Positions 24,248 through 33,950 of a DNA stretch of 64,000 nucleotides are shown piece by piece. This stretch comes from Schmidtea polychroa. Taxonomy: Eukaryota. The notes beneath the pieces are model-generated. The model was not told where the DNA came from. It ran no database searches and saw only the letters and a list, made by a program, of their open reading frames with translations. Within the stretch, counting starts at the first letter, position 1; every line of letters starts with the position of its first letter. Location: NCBI GenBank assembly GCA_044892525.1, contig CM097886.1, positions 36,456,001 to 36,520,000 of the forward strand, given 5' to 3'. Position numbers and translations under genes: made by a program.

Positions 24248-25540
24248 TCAAGAATCTCCCCTAACATTTTCGATTATTGAAATCTTTCCACCATATAATT
24301 TCATTTCTATTTTCTTTTCTTCTAATATTAATGTATATACTTTAGCTTTAAAATTAGAATCCTTTGTTACATGAAGTGTAACATCAACATTATTTATGGC
24401 TAATCGATCATCTTGGTCTGATACATTTATACAAAATATAGAATATAAATTTTTGAAATCTTCTAAACTTAATTGCGGTTCAACTTTGAAATCATAACAT
24501 GTTTCAATATAATTTAGATATGGGAATATGTTTTCATTATTTTCAATATTAAATTCCATTCTATTTATTGGATAATAAGAACTATTTAATTGAATTTGTA
24601 TTGTTTTTAAATTATCAACTCCAATCTTTTGAATAAACAAGTTGTTATTTTTTTGGAAAGATGAATCTGTTTCTTTGAATCCAATCAAGATATATCTTGG
24701 TCGGTATGCTAAATTTGCTACCTTTATAGAATATGTTGAACCCTCTGTCATACTAAATTCACTACAGATTCTATTTAAATAATTTACATTTATAGACTTG
24801 TTGGAATTTAATCTTTCAAGGAGTTTAATCTCAGAATGTGGGTTTAATGTCCATTCAGGTATATGTAATTCAAGTGTTGATAATTTTAATTTAGCTTTTG
24901 TATCTACAGCTCCATAGAACAATCTTTTATCACCTTCTACTCTATTACAGATGAATTCTATAAAAACATTATGAAGTATACGATTATAGTTTTGAAGGAA
25001 TCCAAACAAGTGTTTTAATTCAAAATAACCTTCAAATTTTTTAGATTTATAAAGTTCAGCTCTTTTATGGTAACCATGGTTTACATCTAAACCATCTTTA
25101 TCTAAATCCCCTTTATTAACATCAGGAATCCAACCTGTTAATTCACCATATTCGTTTTTATAATCACAACCAGTCAAAATAAAATTTAACATTGTAGAAT
25201 ATACTCCCGGATGCAAAACAGTTTCAATTTCTGATGATCCTAGTTTTAATCTCATGTTGGAGAATAAATTTGGAAAGAAATTATTTTCTAGGGTTATATC
25301 TTTGTTTGCTTCAATTTCTAATTCGATTTTATAATATAATTTGGCATTACAAATATCTATAGGGTTTGATGTTTGAAGAGATTGAAAAACTATATCACCC
25401 CTACGATTTAAGTTTGCAATAGATCCTGAAGTTGGAGAGATTTTTAAAATATCATTTTTTTTAATTTCATGAGTAAATTCTTTATTATAATCAAGATTTA
25501 ATTTATTTTTTTCTTGAATTTTAAGATTTATGTTATTCAT
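24248..25540 (-). CDS. Polinton/adintovirus-type major capsid protein (double jelly-roll, hexon-like)
   Basis: Uninterrupted 430-aa ORF with LFSNMRLKLGSSEIE, RPRYILIGF, IQIQLNSSYYP and FKNLYSIFCINVS. It sits next to a packaging ATPase and an integrase. Confidence 0.8.
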   Translation of the reverse strand: MNNINLKIQEKNKLNLDYNKEFTHEIKKNDILKISPTSGSIANLNRRGDIVFQSLQTSNPIDICNAKLYYKIELEIEANKDITLENNFFPNLFSNMRLKLGSSEIETVLHPGVYSTMLNFILTGCDYKNEYGELTGWIPDVNKGDLDKDGLDVNHGYHKRAELYKSKKFEGYFELKHLFGFLQNYNRILHNVFIEFICNRVEGDKRLFYGAVDTKAKLKLSTLELHIPEWTLNPHSEIKLLERLNSNKSINVNYLNRICSEFSMTEGSTYSIKVANLAYRPRYILIGFKETDSSFQKNNNLFIQKIGVDNLKTIQIQLNSSYYPINRMEFNIENNENIFPYLNYIETCYDFKVEPQLSLEDFKNLYSIFCINVSDQDDRLAINNVDVTLHVTKDSNFKAKVYTLILEEKKIEMKLYGGKISIIENVRGDS

Positions 25541-25595
25541 TTTTATATATTAAAATTTACACACACAAAATAGGATTAATTAAATATATTATGTA

Positions 25596-25691
25596 AGCCA
25601 TTATAGCGGAGTGGGAATAGGCTTCAATTTTATCACCGGGAGTACCGGGTTCAATTTTCGATTTTGGTCAATTTTTATCGATATTTTTTTT
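25596..25691 (+). ncRNA. tRNA-like Pol III unit 1
   Basis: A-box TAGCGGAGTGG (25604-25614), B-box GGTTCAATT (25648-25656), then T-runs. Confidence 0.5.
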
Positions 25692-25839
25692 CAACGGAAT
25701 CTGATTCAGCGTACTGATTTTAGTATATATTTAAATTTTCAGATGGATCTGAGTGGTAGTTGTCGAGAAAATGAATAATTAATTATTAATTTCATCAATA
25801 AATAGTCACACATTAACAACTTATTTTATATTGAGTATA

Positions 25840-25920
25840 GCTCTAATAGCTTAGTGGTAATAGCACTCGACTGCATTGCCAATACCAATGGGTTCAAATC
25901 CCATTTCGGTCATTTTTTTT
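25840..25920 (+). ncRNA. tRNA-like Pol III unit 2 (tRNA-Cys-like, not a full cloverleaf)
   Basis: A-box TAGCTTAGTGG, CTGCA in the anticodon-loop position, a perfect T-arm ATGGG-TTCAAAT-CCCAT, and T8 at 25913-25920. Anticodon and acceptor stems pair poorly. Confidence 0.65.
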
Positions 25921-26075
25921 CAAATTTTTTTTAACGAAATATTGATCAGCATACTCGATTTAGTACTTGTACAAATTTTTAAGGAGATTGGTCAACGGCA
26001 ACTCTTGGAAATTTAAGATCAAAAACGTTTTAACTACCAAAAATTAATATATCCAATAAAAAAATATTTATAAAA

Positions 26076-26372
26076 ATGGATGAGTTAAAAGAAAGAATGA
26101 GAAATGAATTGAATGAAGTTAAACATAAGAGAATGAAAAGAAGAGAAGAAGAACCATTAGAATACATCAAAGAGTTGATGGTAGATAATGAAAAGTATCG
26201 ACATTTTTATATGAAGGCTGTAGATGTTGCTGATATAAGATTGAAGAAAATGAAACAATTACAGGAAAGAGTTAAAGAACTTGTATCGATTATTTATAGT
26301 CTAAAAAATGACAAAAATTCAAACCTTGATGGCGCAGTGGGAATAGACTGGCACAGTGGTTCAAATGGATAG
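26076..26372 (+). CDS. 98-aa orphan, predicted helical/coiled-coil protein (right-arm copy)
   Basis: As for the left copy. The C-terminus overlaps Pol III unit 3. Confidence 0.45.
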   Translation: MDELKERMRNELNEVKHKRMKRREEEPLEYIKELMVDNEKYRHFYMKAVDVADIRLKKMKQLQERVKELVSIIYSLKNDKNSNLDGAVGIDWHSGSNG

Positions 26373-26405
26373 TGGTTCAAATCACATCTGAGGTTAGTTT
26401 TTTTT
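26323..26405 (+). ncRNA. tRNA-like Pol III unit 3
   Basis: A-box TGGCGCAGTGG (26330-26340), duplicated AGTGGTTCAAAT B-box, ACCTTG/TGAGGT acceptor-like stem, and T8 at 26398-26405. Confidence 0.55.
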
Positions 26406-26572
26406 CAACATAAAATAATATTAAAAATTTGAAAATAATATTGAAAATAGTGTGGGTATCTTATATTTATAAAGTACTTGTATATTTTATTTTATTTATT
26501 TTATTTTATTTTATTTTTTTATTAATTAATTATTTTTTAAACATAAATATGAAAAAAAAATATTGAAACGGG

Positions 26573-26944
26573 TGATGGTGGCGAACCGGTAATTATCGCC
26601 ACCTGTCTTTCGAACACCCCCGGATCGATCCCGGTAATGTGCACATTTATTTCTCAGTTGTTTTCGGACCTCTTTCGGATTCGCTTTCGAATTCATTTGT
26701 ACTTTCGAGCAGCACACTTAAAACGCCGTTGAAATCGACTTCGTGAGCGAGAAGCGAATAATAAGGCGTGCTGCTATTATCGGATTGATTCTGATGTATG
26801 AGTCTGGCCAGCTTGTATATTGGAAGAGATTTGATAAACGAAAGAGGTTGATAAATAAAAAAAAAAAAATGATCCGGATCAAAAAAAAACTGTTGAGGGG
26901 ACAGTGAAAAAAAAAAAAAAAAAAAAAAAACCACTGTCCCCTCA
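26573..26944. promoter_or_regulatory. CpG-rich hairpin block (right-arm copy)
   Basis: Mirror image of 20539-20910. Confidence 0.4.
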
Positions 26945-27088
26945 GAGCAGTTTTACTATTTTCATAAAATTTTTTATTTTTAAAACTTTCAAAACCTTAA
27001 GGTGATCAGGCGACCTAGATCATTATGAATTAGGTAATCTGATATTCTTATAACATTAAATCCTTATAACATTAAATCCTTAAGACCA

Positions 27089-27334
27089 AGTAGTGAGGAA
27101 TCTATGCACCCCGTTACCTTTTCTCGGAATTAGTAATCTATAAATACATCTATTCCGAACTTTTTTACTTTTAAGGGAAGAAATTAAGGGTTAATGGCAA
27201 TAGGGGACAAAGTTTAAAAGTTAAAAAAAGTGAAGAATATGGGGTAAAAAAGCATATAAATGTGGAAAATATGGGTCAATAGCGCTGTTTTTTTTTAGGG
27301 TGGGGGTGCTGGGGTGCATAGATTCCTCACTACT
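27089..27334. mobile_element. 246-bp AGTAGT-ended TIR element (right-arm copy)
   Basis: Mirror image of 20149-20394. Confidence 0.8.
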
Positions 27335-28126
27335 TGTTGAGCCTCATTTCCAAAGCTATGGCTTTCCATACTTTGTTGATCTTCATTTCGATGGTGTTTG
27401 GTGACATGCGGCTGACTTTCTTGTATGTTTCGATGTTGCCGAGGTGTTCGTAACCAGCTTCACAGTAACGATTCTTCTCTATAATGCAAAATTCTCCCCC
27501 CTTGTCACTTGGTAAGTAAACGTACGGTTTCTTTTTAAGGGATTTTAATATTGCCTGTTCGTCTTTCGTTAGGTTTGAGAGATATGGTTTTCTTCTTTCC
27601 TTCTCAACTATCTCCATGATTTTGTGACAGACCTTTGAGAGTGTTGAATCTAATTCTGCATCAGGATTTGGTTGATAGAGTTTATCTGTGTTTATGTATA
27701 CTGGGAGCTGGTTTTCGCTATTTTCATTTTCATGCGGTATTGTATTGTTCCATTTGATCTGGTACGCAATGCGACAAAGAGCTGTTTTGAAATTGAGGAT
27801 GGCTGCGTCATCTATTTCTCTGTTTATACTGAACTTTGGTCCTAGTGAAAGTAATCCTTTTTCACCTTTGGATAGACAATTTGTGAGGTCGGTTACTAGT
27901 TCTTTGTTCACTGTAATGCTTTCGTTTCCGTCCAGTGTTTCATTGTTCATAACTAGGCCTGCTTTGAGCTCCTTTTTTCTCAAAAGGTGTTTGATTCTTT
28001 TGTCAAATCGCAAGGAATAATGTGCTTCTGCTGTCATGAAGGATTGTCTTTGTACCTCGTAGATCAATTCTTTTGGGTGGTTATTCAAATACGTTTTCAA
28101 AATGTTTTCTTGATTCTTTTGTTCCC
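27335..28126 (-). mobile_element. Penelope-like element N-terminal fragment (right arm)
   Basis: ORF 27330-28100, the mirror of 19383-20153. Confidence 0.85.
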
Positions 28127-29172
28127 GAAACTGTTCATTTTTTGATAATGTCGAGATAGCCGGAAAGTACGCATATTTTTATCTCAATTTTTCATTTACT
28201 ATTCTCGAAAATTCCATGATGATCTTTAAAGCTGTAATTATTCAAATACTTTTCTAATTCAACTCATTTTAAAATATGTCTTAATTTAAACATGATGAGT
28301 CTTGAGTATTCCCAACTTACCTGTACTAAATATTTGACATTTATGTAGGATTTCTCCGCCACATTCCATATCAATGTCGTAGTCATTTTCAATATGACCT
28401 AGTTTAGTTTTACCACTATTAACTCTAACCCACAATTAACTAATGAATCAGCTACAACAAAATTTTCTCTACTTGGAATAAATATACAATCCTATATATT
28501 CAGAAGATTCTTAATCTAACTCATCAGCAACTTGACCAGGAATAAAGTTTTTTTTACTTTGGCTACTTATACCACACTAGTTAAAATAAGTTATTTTTTT
28601 GGTAGTTCTATTGTTAAAGTCTTAGCTGACTCCAAAGTGTGTTTTATAAATTTACAAATTAACTTCCAAACAAGATAAGCTTTATTAATCTTCACAATAG
28701 ATCGTACAAGTTACAATTACAACCAATTAATTACACAGAACTTATTGCGAAACTACGTATAGTTTCTGTAAAAACAACAATAATCACTAACCGTCAACCA
28801 ACTCAATTACATGGTACGTTGATCGATTGTTCTATTTGCTTTGACCACAACTTTGTTCACTCCACTTTTAATTCAATTTTATAGATGATTCTCGTCACTC
28901 TCCCAATCAATTATTTATCAACTAGTTCAATTCTGTTACTTTGGGCTCACTTTATTTAAACTCTGTTTAATTCTTCTTTTACCTCTTGTTAATTCTTTCT
29001 TTATTCTCTTTCAATTCTCTAAATTTAACTCTAACTCTCTTAAAGCTAACTTAACTTCTGTGTCTTCTTTTTTATAGCTTGCCCCGTTTGCAATACTTGA
29101 GATAATTTTGTTTACTTTCTTCTCTGTATTCCACGTTATTTCAGCCTTACCTCTGACAGATGTCGAGATATG
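28127..29172 (-). repeat. Filler matching 7769-8805 (right arm)
   Basis: Mirror image of 18309-19356. Confidence 0.93.
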
Positions 29173-30231
29173 TTCTATAAACAATTTAAAGGTCTGCCTA
29201 TGGGTTCTAGCATATCAGGACTGCTAGCAATCATCTTTATGGATAACCTCGAACGACAGACACTGAGGACCATACAACCCATCGGTTTCTATGCAAGATA
29301 TGTAGATGATATCTTCATCACGACCAAAAACAAAAAAGAAGCGGAGGAAATATTTCATAAATTCAATGCGGCTCATCAAGATATTAAGTTCGAAATCGAA
29401 TATCCGGAAGAAGATGGATCCCTCAATTTATTGGATTTGAGAATCAAAATAGAAGAAAATACTCCAACATACGGGTTCTACAGAAAACCAGCTCGCAAAG
29501 AAATATTTATGCACCAAAGATCAGCGCTTCCATACTTACAGAAAGTACATGTCATAAGAAACGAGAAACGAAGAATAGCCAATCGATGCACGGAGAAAAA
29601 CGAAAACTTTAAAGAGCAATCAAATTTCAATAAAATCCTACACCGAAACGGATACCAAGGTGAGGACATTGAAAGAATGAATTCTACCCCAAGAAGATCT
29701 AGGGAATTAACACAAAAGAATCAGAAATATTTCTATCTGAATATCCCATTCATCAGTGACATACTCGACTTCAAGATCCTGAAAGAACTTAAACGTACCG
29801 GTCTTCCAATTCGGATAGCACATAAATCTTGGACATTGAGAAGGGCTCTGGCAGGCAACATAAATAGAGAAAACAATTGCACAATGAAAAACTGCCAGAC
29901 ACCGAAAGATATGTGCTTTAGAAAAAACATCGTCTATTGCATCACGTGCAATGTATGCAATGAAATCTACATTGGAAGTACCCTCAGGACATTGCACCAA
30001 AGAGTTAAAGAACATCTAGATCCTGGTGGAACATCCCCGTTGGGTAGACATCTCCGGCAGTGTCAGCCAACAGAAGAAAGAAAAAATATTTCAATAGAAA
30101 TCATAGCTAATGGAAACATCCAAAAGAAAAATGTCAGAATCAAAGAAGCAATTCTCATCATAAACAGACAGCCAAAGATCAACACTAAAGAAGAAATCAA
30201 TGAAATCATGAATTTGATCTGTTGTCATTGA
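29170..30231 (+). mobile_element. Penelope-like element, C-terminal RT plus GIY-YIG (right arm)
   Basis: Same motifs as 17250-18311, with one amino-acid difference (QF versus QV). Confidence 0.93.
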
Positions 30232-30626
30232 CTTTGAGAATAACTGACAATATATAAAGAAATTAAAAAAAATAGAATAAATTAAAAAGTAATAATTAGA
30301 ATAATATAAAAAAAAATTTTAAAAAATAGGGTTTGAAAATCAAAATTGACACATTTATGGAAATATTTAAATAGCATATATAAGTAGTTATTGGAGGCTT
30401 TATTTAAAATATTTTCAAATATTTTATTAGGCTTCTAGAAGCTAATTATAGAAGCTGTAAAAAATTTAAAAATTTTTAGTTTGTGTCATTTTGAAATTTT
30501 AAATGTAAAAATTTTAAAAGTTTTTAGTAAAACAATTCATTATATTTACAACCAATGAGAATTAAGAGAAAGGAAATAAAAGAAAGATTGAAAGGTATTT
30601 TGGGGAAGAACATTGCTAAATTCCAG

Positions 30627-30665
30627 GAGATTGACAAGGACTATCGTATAGTCGAAAATTCTTTC
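30627..30665 (+). ncRNA. Minimal type-I hammerhead ribozyme-like motif
   Basis: GAGA-TTGACAAG-GACTA(TCGTA)TAGTC-GAAAATTC-TTTC: a variant core, stem II, a palindromic AATT stem III, and a short stem I. Located in the PLE 3' region. Confidence 0.6.
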
Positions 30666-30717
30666 ATTAAATACATTATTTGCAGCAAAAGGCTTAAATT
30701 ATCATTTTATTGTTTTA

Positions 30718-30803
<86 letters not shown>
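30718..30803 (+). repeat. (AAT)n microsatellite at the PLE 3' end
   Basis: Pure AAT tract, read directly. Confidence 0.97.
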
Positions 30804-30804
<1 letters not shown>

Positions 30805-32442
30805 TGGTTAATTATGTTTCGCGTCTGTGGACATTCGCAAAGATCTATATTACACTACAGTTTCATCAGAGATATCAACTTTAGTTCAAATTTTAATGAT
30901 AATTAAAAATAATAATAATAATAATAAAAATAATAAATATTGAACATATAACAGAACAAATAAACAAAAATAACATTGTAAAATATCATGTTTTTTGTTT
31001 TAATTCACATAAACATTTTATCACCATTTTATTTCAGTGAAATATCCATGTCCATCGATTATCAATAACTCATTATTTTAATTACTTGATTTAAGTGTAA
31101 AAATATTTTCTTCATATTGATTTTTTAAATGTGCTAAAGTTATTCATAGAAATAACAACAAATCACATTCTGTAGGAAAATAATGAAAGAGTATAATTCG
31201 AAATTCATTAAGCGTCCATAATATTCATTAGAATCAATCCCAGTATCTCATTACCATAATTACTGCGAAAGACTTCTCACAAACTAATTATTAATCTTAC
31301 TATTTCAGCATAGCGTCAAATCCCTTGACAATCTTTACATTGGCATGGACATCTACCATGGAATTCTGTAAGGAAATTCGTTTATATATTTATGATAATT
31401 TTTCCCATTGCAGTAGTCGTACAAAACGAGGACTTTCTACAGTCACATTGTTTTGCTTTTCTTTTTACTAATTACATAATATTAATATCAATAGAATTTT
31501 ACATAATAAATATTCATTATTTAATTATTTTGAAATGTTTTAATTAAAAATGTTTCACAATTAAAACAAATCTCTAATGAAATTTATTTATTTAATTTCT
31601 ATTTTCATTTGTCGCATCTTTTGTGATGCGTAATACTGAAAGAAGATTCACACGAAGATACCATAAGTACCAAATGTTAATTAATACAGTATTTAATACA
31701 CGATTTTTGTATCCTATGAAAAATTTTATATAACACCCGATTATCCCACACTTCACTGTAATCCACAGAGTTTTATGTTTTATTTTGGGATTTCAAATGT
31801 TTCATTAAATGTTAAAAAGATTTGCTTACCAAGGTGTAGTAAATTGAAAATGTTTATAAAGAAATTTCACTCTGGATTTTCAATAAAACACAAGTTACAA
31901 CTGTATTACCAGAAACAATCATTTGTATGCTTTATAACTTGAATATGTAATAACTGCCAAGAAAAAAAACTTTATCTTGTTAAAGATATATTGGAAAGAC
32001 TTACTTTAACTATTATAAATTGATATTTCTAACCAGTTATCTTTTGTACGTTAAAATATAATCAGTTATTTCTTTCATCTGGAAAATACCTTCCGAAAAC
32101 TTTACTTTAACAACCCATATTCCATGAGAACTCGACATATTAATTACATCCATATTTTAAAAACAAAACAAAACTATATTTTTAAAAACAACACAAAATC
32201 TCTCTTATTTAAAAAATCTGTTTTTAGCTTTGAGGATATTTTTGCAAGCATGAGTTAATAATTGAATAGGGAATATTCGTACACAAGCATTCAATAAATA
32301 TTTTATATTCCAATTTTCAATCATTCTTAAATATATTTAATTTATTATTTTAATTTATAATTTTATTATCTACTTTTATTATATTATTTAAATCTATTTA
32401 AATCTGGAAATTAAATACTAATTCTATTTAATTACTTTGACG

Positions 32443-33950
32443 TCCCCTCTTTTTTAAAAAGCTTTAGCCACTCTGTTTCTTATAAGCCTTTTTCCATTCT
32501 CAAATTTTACTTCATAACTTTTCTCATGTATTTGTTTTATCACTTCAGCAAGTCTAATATATCGATCCTAGTCTTTGTTGTTATCATTTCTTTTTACCAG
32601 CACTATGTCTCCTACTTTGAATTTTCTTTCTGTTATTTCGTTAAAACCCATATTCTCAACCGACATATTTGTAGACCATTCTTTATATATTCTTTTTTCA
32701 AAAACTCTTTCACTTGGAGTTTGTCTAATTGTTTTCTGAAATATAGAATTTAACATAAACTCGACTTCTGGTAATAACTCTACCCAATTCTTGTGATCTT
32801 TATCTTTTAGAGTGATATGAATGGCGTCTCTAATTGTTCTGAATTGTCTTTCGATTAGGCCATTTGCTGAATTGATTTTAACGTTATACTCCTTCATTAA
32901 ATTATTCATGGCTTTGCTCTCTCAATGTAGAAATCTCGGCGCACCAATTTTTAAAATCCAATTATTTCTTAAGATTGCTGTAACGGTTTTTTCGTCTTGT
33001 GATTGCACTGCGTGTAGTGCCACATATTTACTAAAACTATCGATAATTCCTACGATATATCTCATTCCATACTGATTTTGCTTTAGTGGACCATAACAAT
33101 CTATAAATATTGTTTCAAATAAACCTGGTTCTGGCATTTTGTAAATTTTATCCCTAGTTCGTGTTGTTGTAGTTTTCCTCTTTTGACAATTTTCACAACT
33201 TTGAACTACGTCTCGGATCGTTCGTTTCATGTGTATTATTGGAAAATTATTTGACACATATTTCTCAATTTTCATTGGTCCAGCATGGCACAGTTTCTTA
33301 TGATACTTTTTAATGAATTCAATTCTTTTATCATCCGGAATCCATATTTCATTGTTTTCTGTCAATATTACTCCATTCTTTATTATGAATTTGTTACCCT
33401 CATTTTGTTTTATGTTGTTTATGATTTCTGTAATTTCTTTTGAATTCCTTTGCCATTCTTGTTCTGGGTTTTCCGTCATTATTGCCAAAAGTTTCGTTTT
33501 GAGTTTTCTTGTCTTTGGATTAATATGGATGGATAGATTCATTTCTTGACAATGCATCTGCATTGAAATGTTCTTCTCCTTTCCTAAATTGAAATTCTAT
33601 TTCCAAACTACTTAAATAATTTATCCATGTCTGGAATTGTGGAGTGATAGGTTTCTTTGTCTTCATCATATATGTTATGGCTTTATGATCCGTGCGTAGT
33701 ATAAATCTTTTCCCATAAAAATAATGTTTAAAATGATTTGTGAAATAATATATTGCTAAGTTCTTTTCTTGTTATGCAATAACCCACCTCGTGTTTCGGC
33801 ATAGCATGCGATCCATAAGCATAGCATTTTCCTTTCCAGAACTATCTGTCTGTGACAAAACAGAGCCTATACTATCGAAGCTAATATGAAAGATTTTGTA
33901 AAATCAGGAAATTTTAATATTGGTCCATTAATCAACTTATCTTTCCGTTT
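32443..33950 (-). mobile_element. Degenerate Ty3/Gypsy pol (RNase H and integrase) with a probable polypurine tract
   Basis: RNase H: PDFTKSF, ITRKEL, FILRTDHKA and NADALSR. Integrase: HKKLCHAG...CENCQ, IDCYGPL, IIDSFSKY and NGLIERQFRTI. AAAAAAGAGGGGA on the minus strand near 32443-32456. Confidence 0.85.

Larger units (their letters stand above)
24074..30725. repeat. Right arm of the giant inverted repeat
   Basis: Reverse complement of 16757-22331, plus 1076 bp of capsid gene that the left arm lacks. Confidence 0.97.

Noticed and set aside
25840-25912. Functional tRNA-Cys(GCA) gene
   Set aside because: The D- and T-arms are plausible, but the anticodon stem does not pair and the acceptor stem has mismatches. 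Kept only as a tRNA-like unit.
17466-30015. Short antisense or overlapping ORFs (e.g. 17466-17774, 19463-19795, 23234-23593, 27688-28020, 29478-30015)
   Set aside because: They are shadows of PLE or integrase coding sequence with no recognisable motifs.
1005-33950. The two Gypsy fragments as complementary halves of one element
   Set aside because: Both contain integrase regions with clearly different sequences, so they are separate elements.
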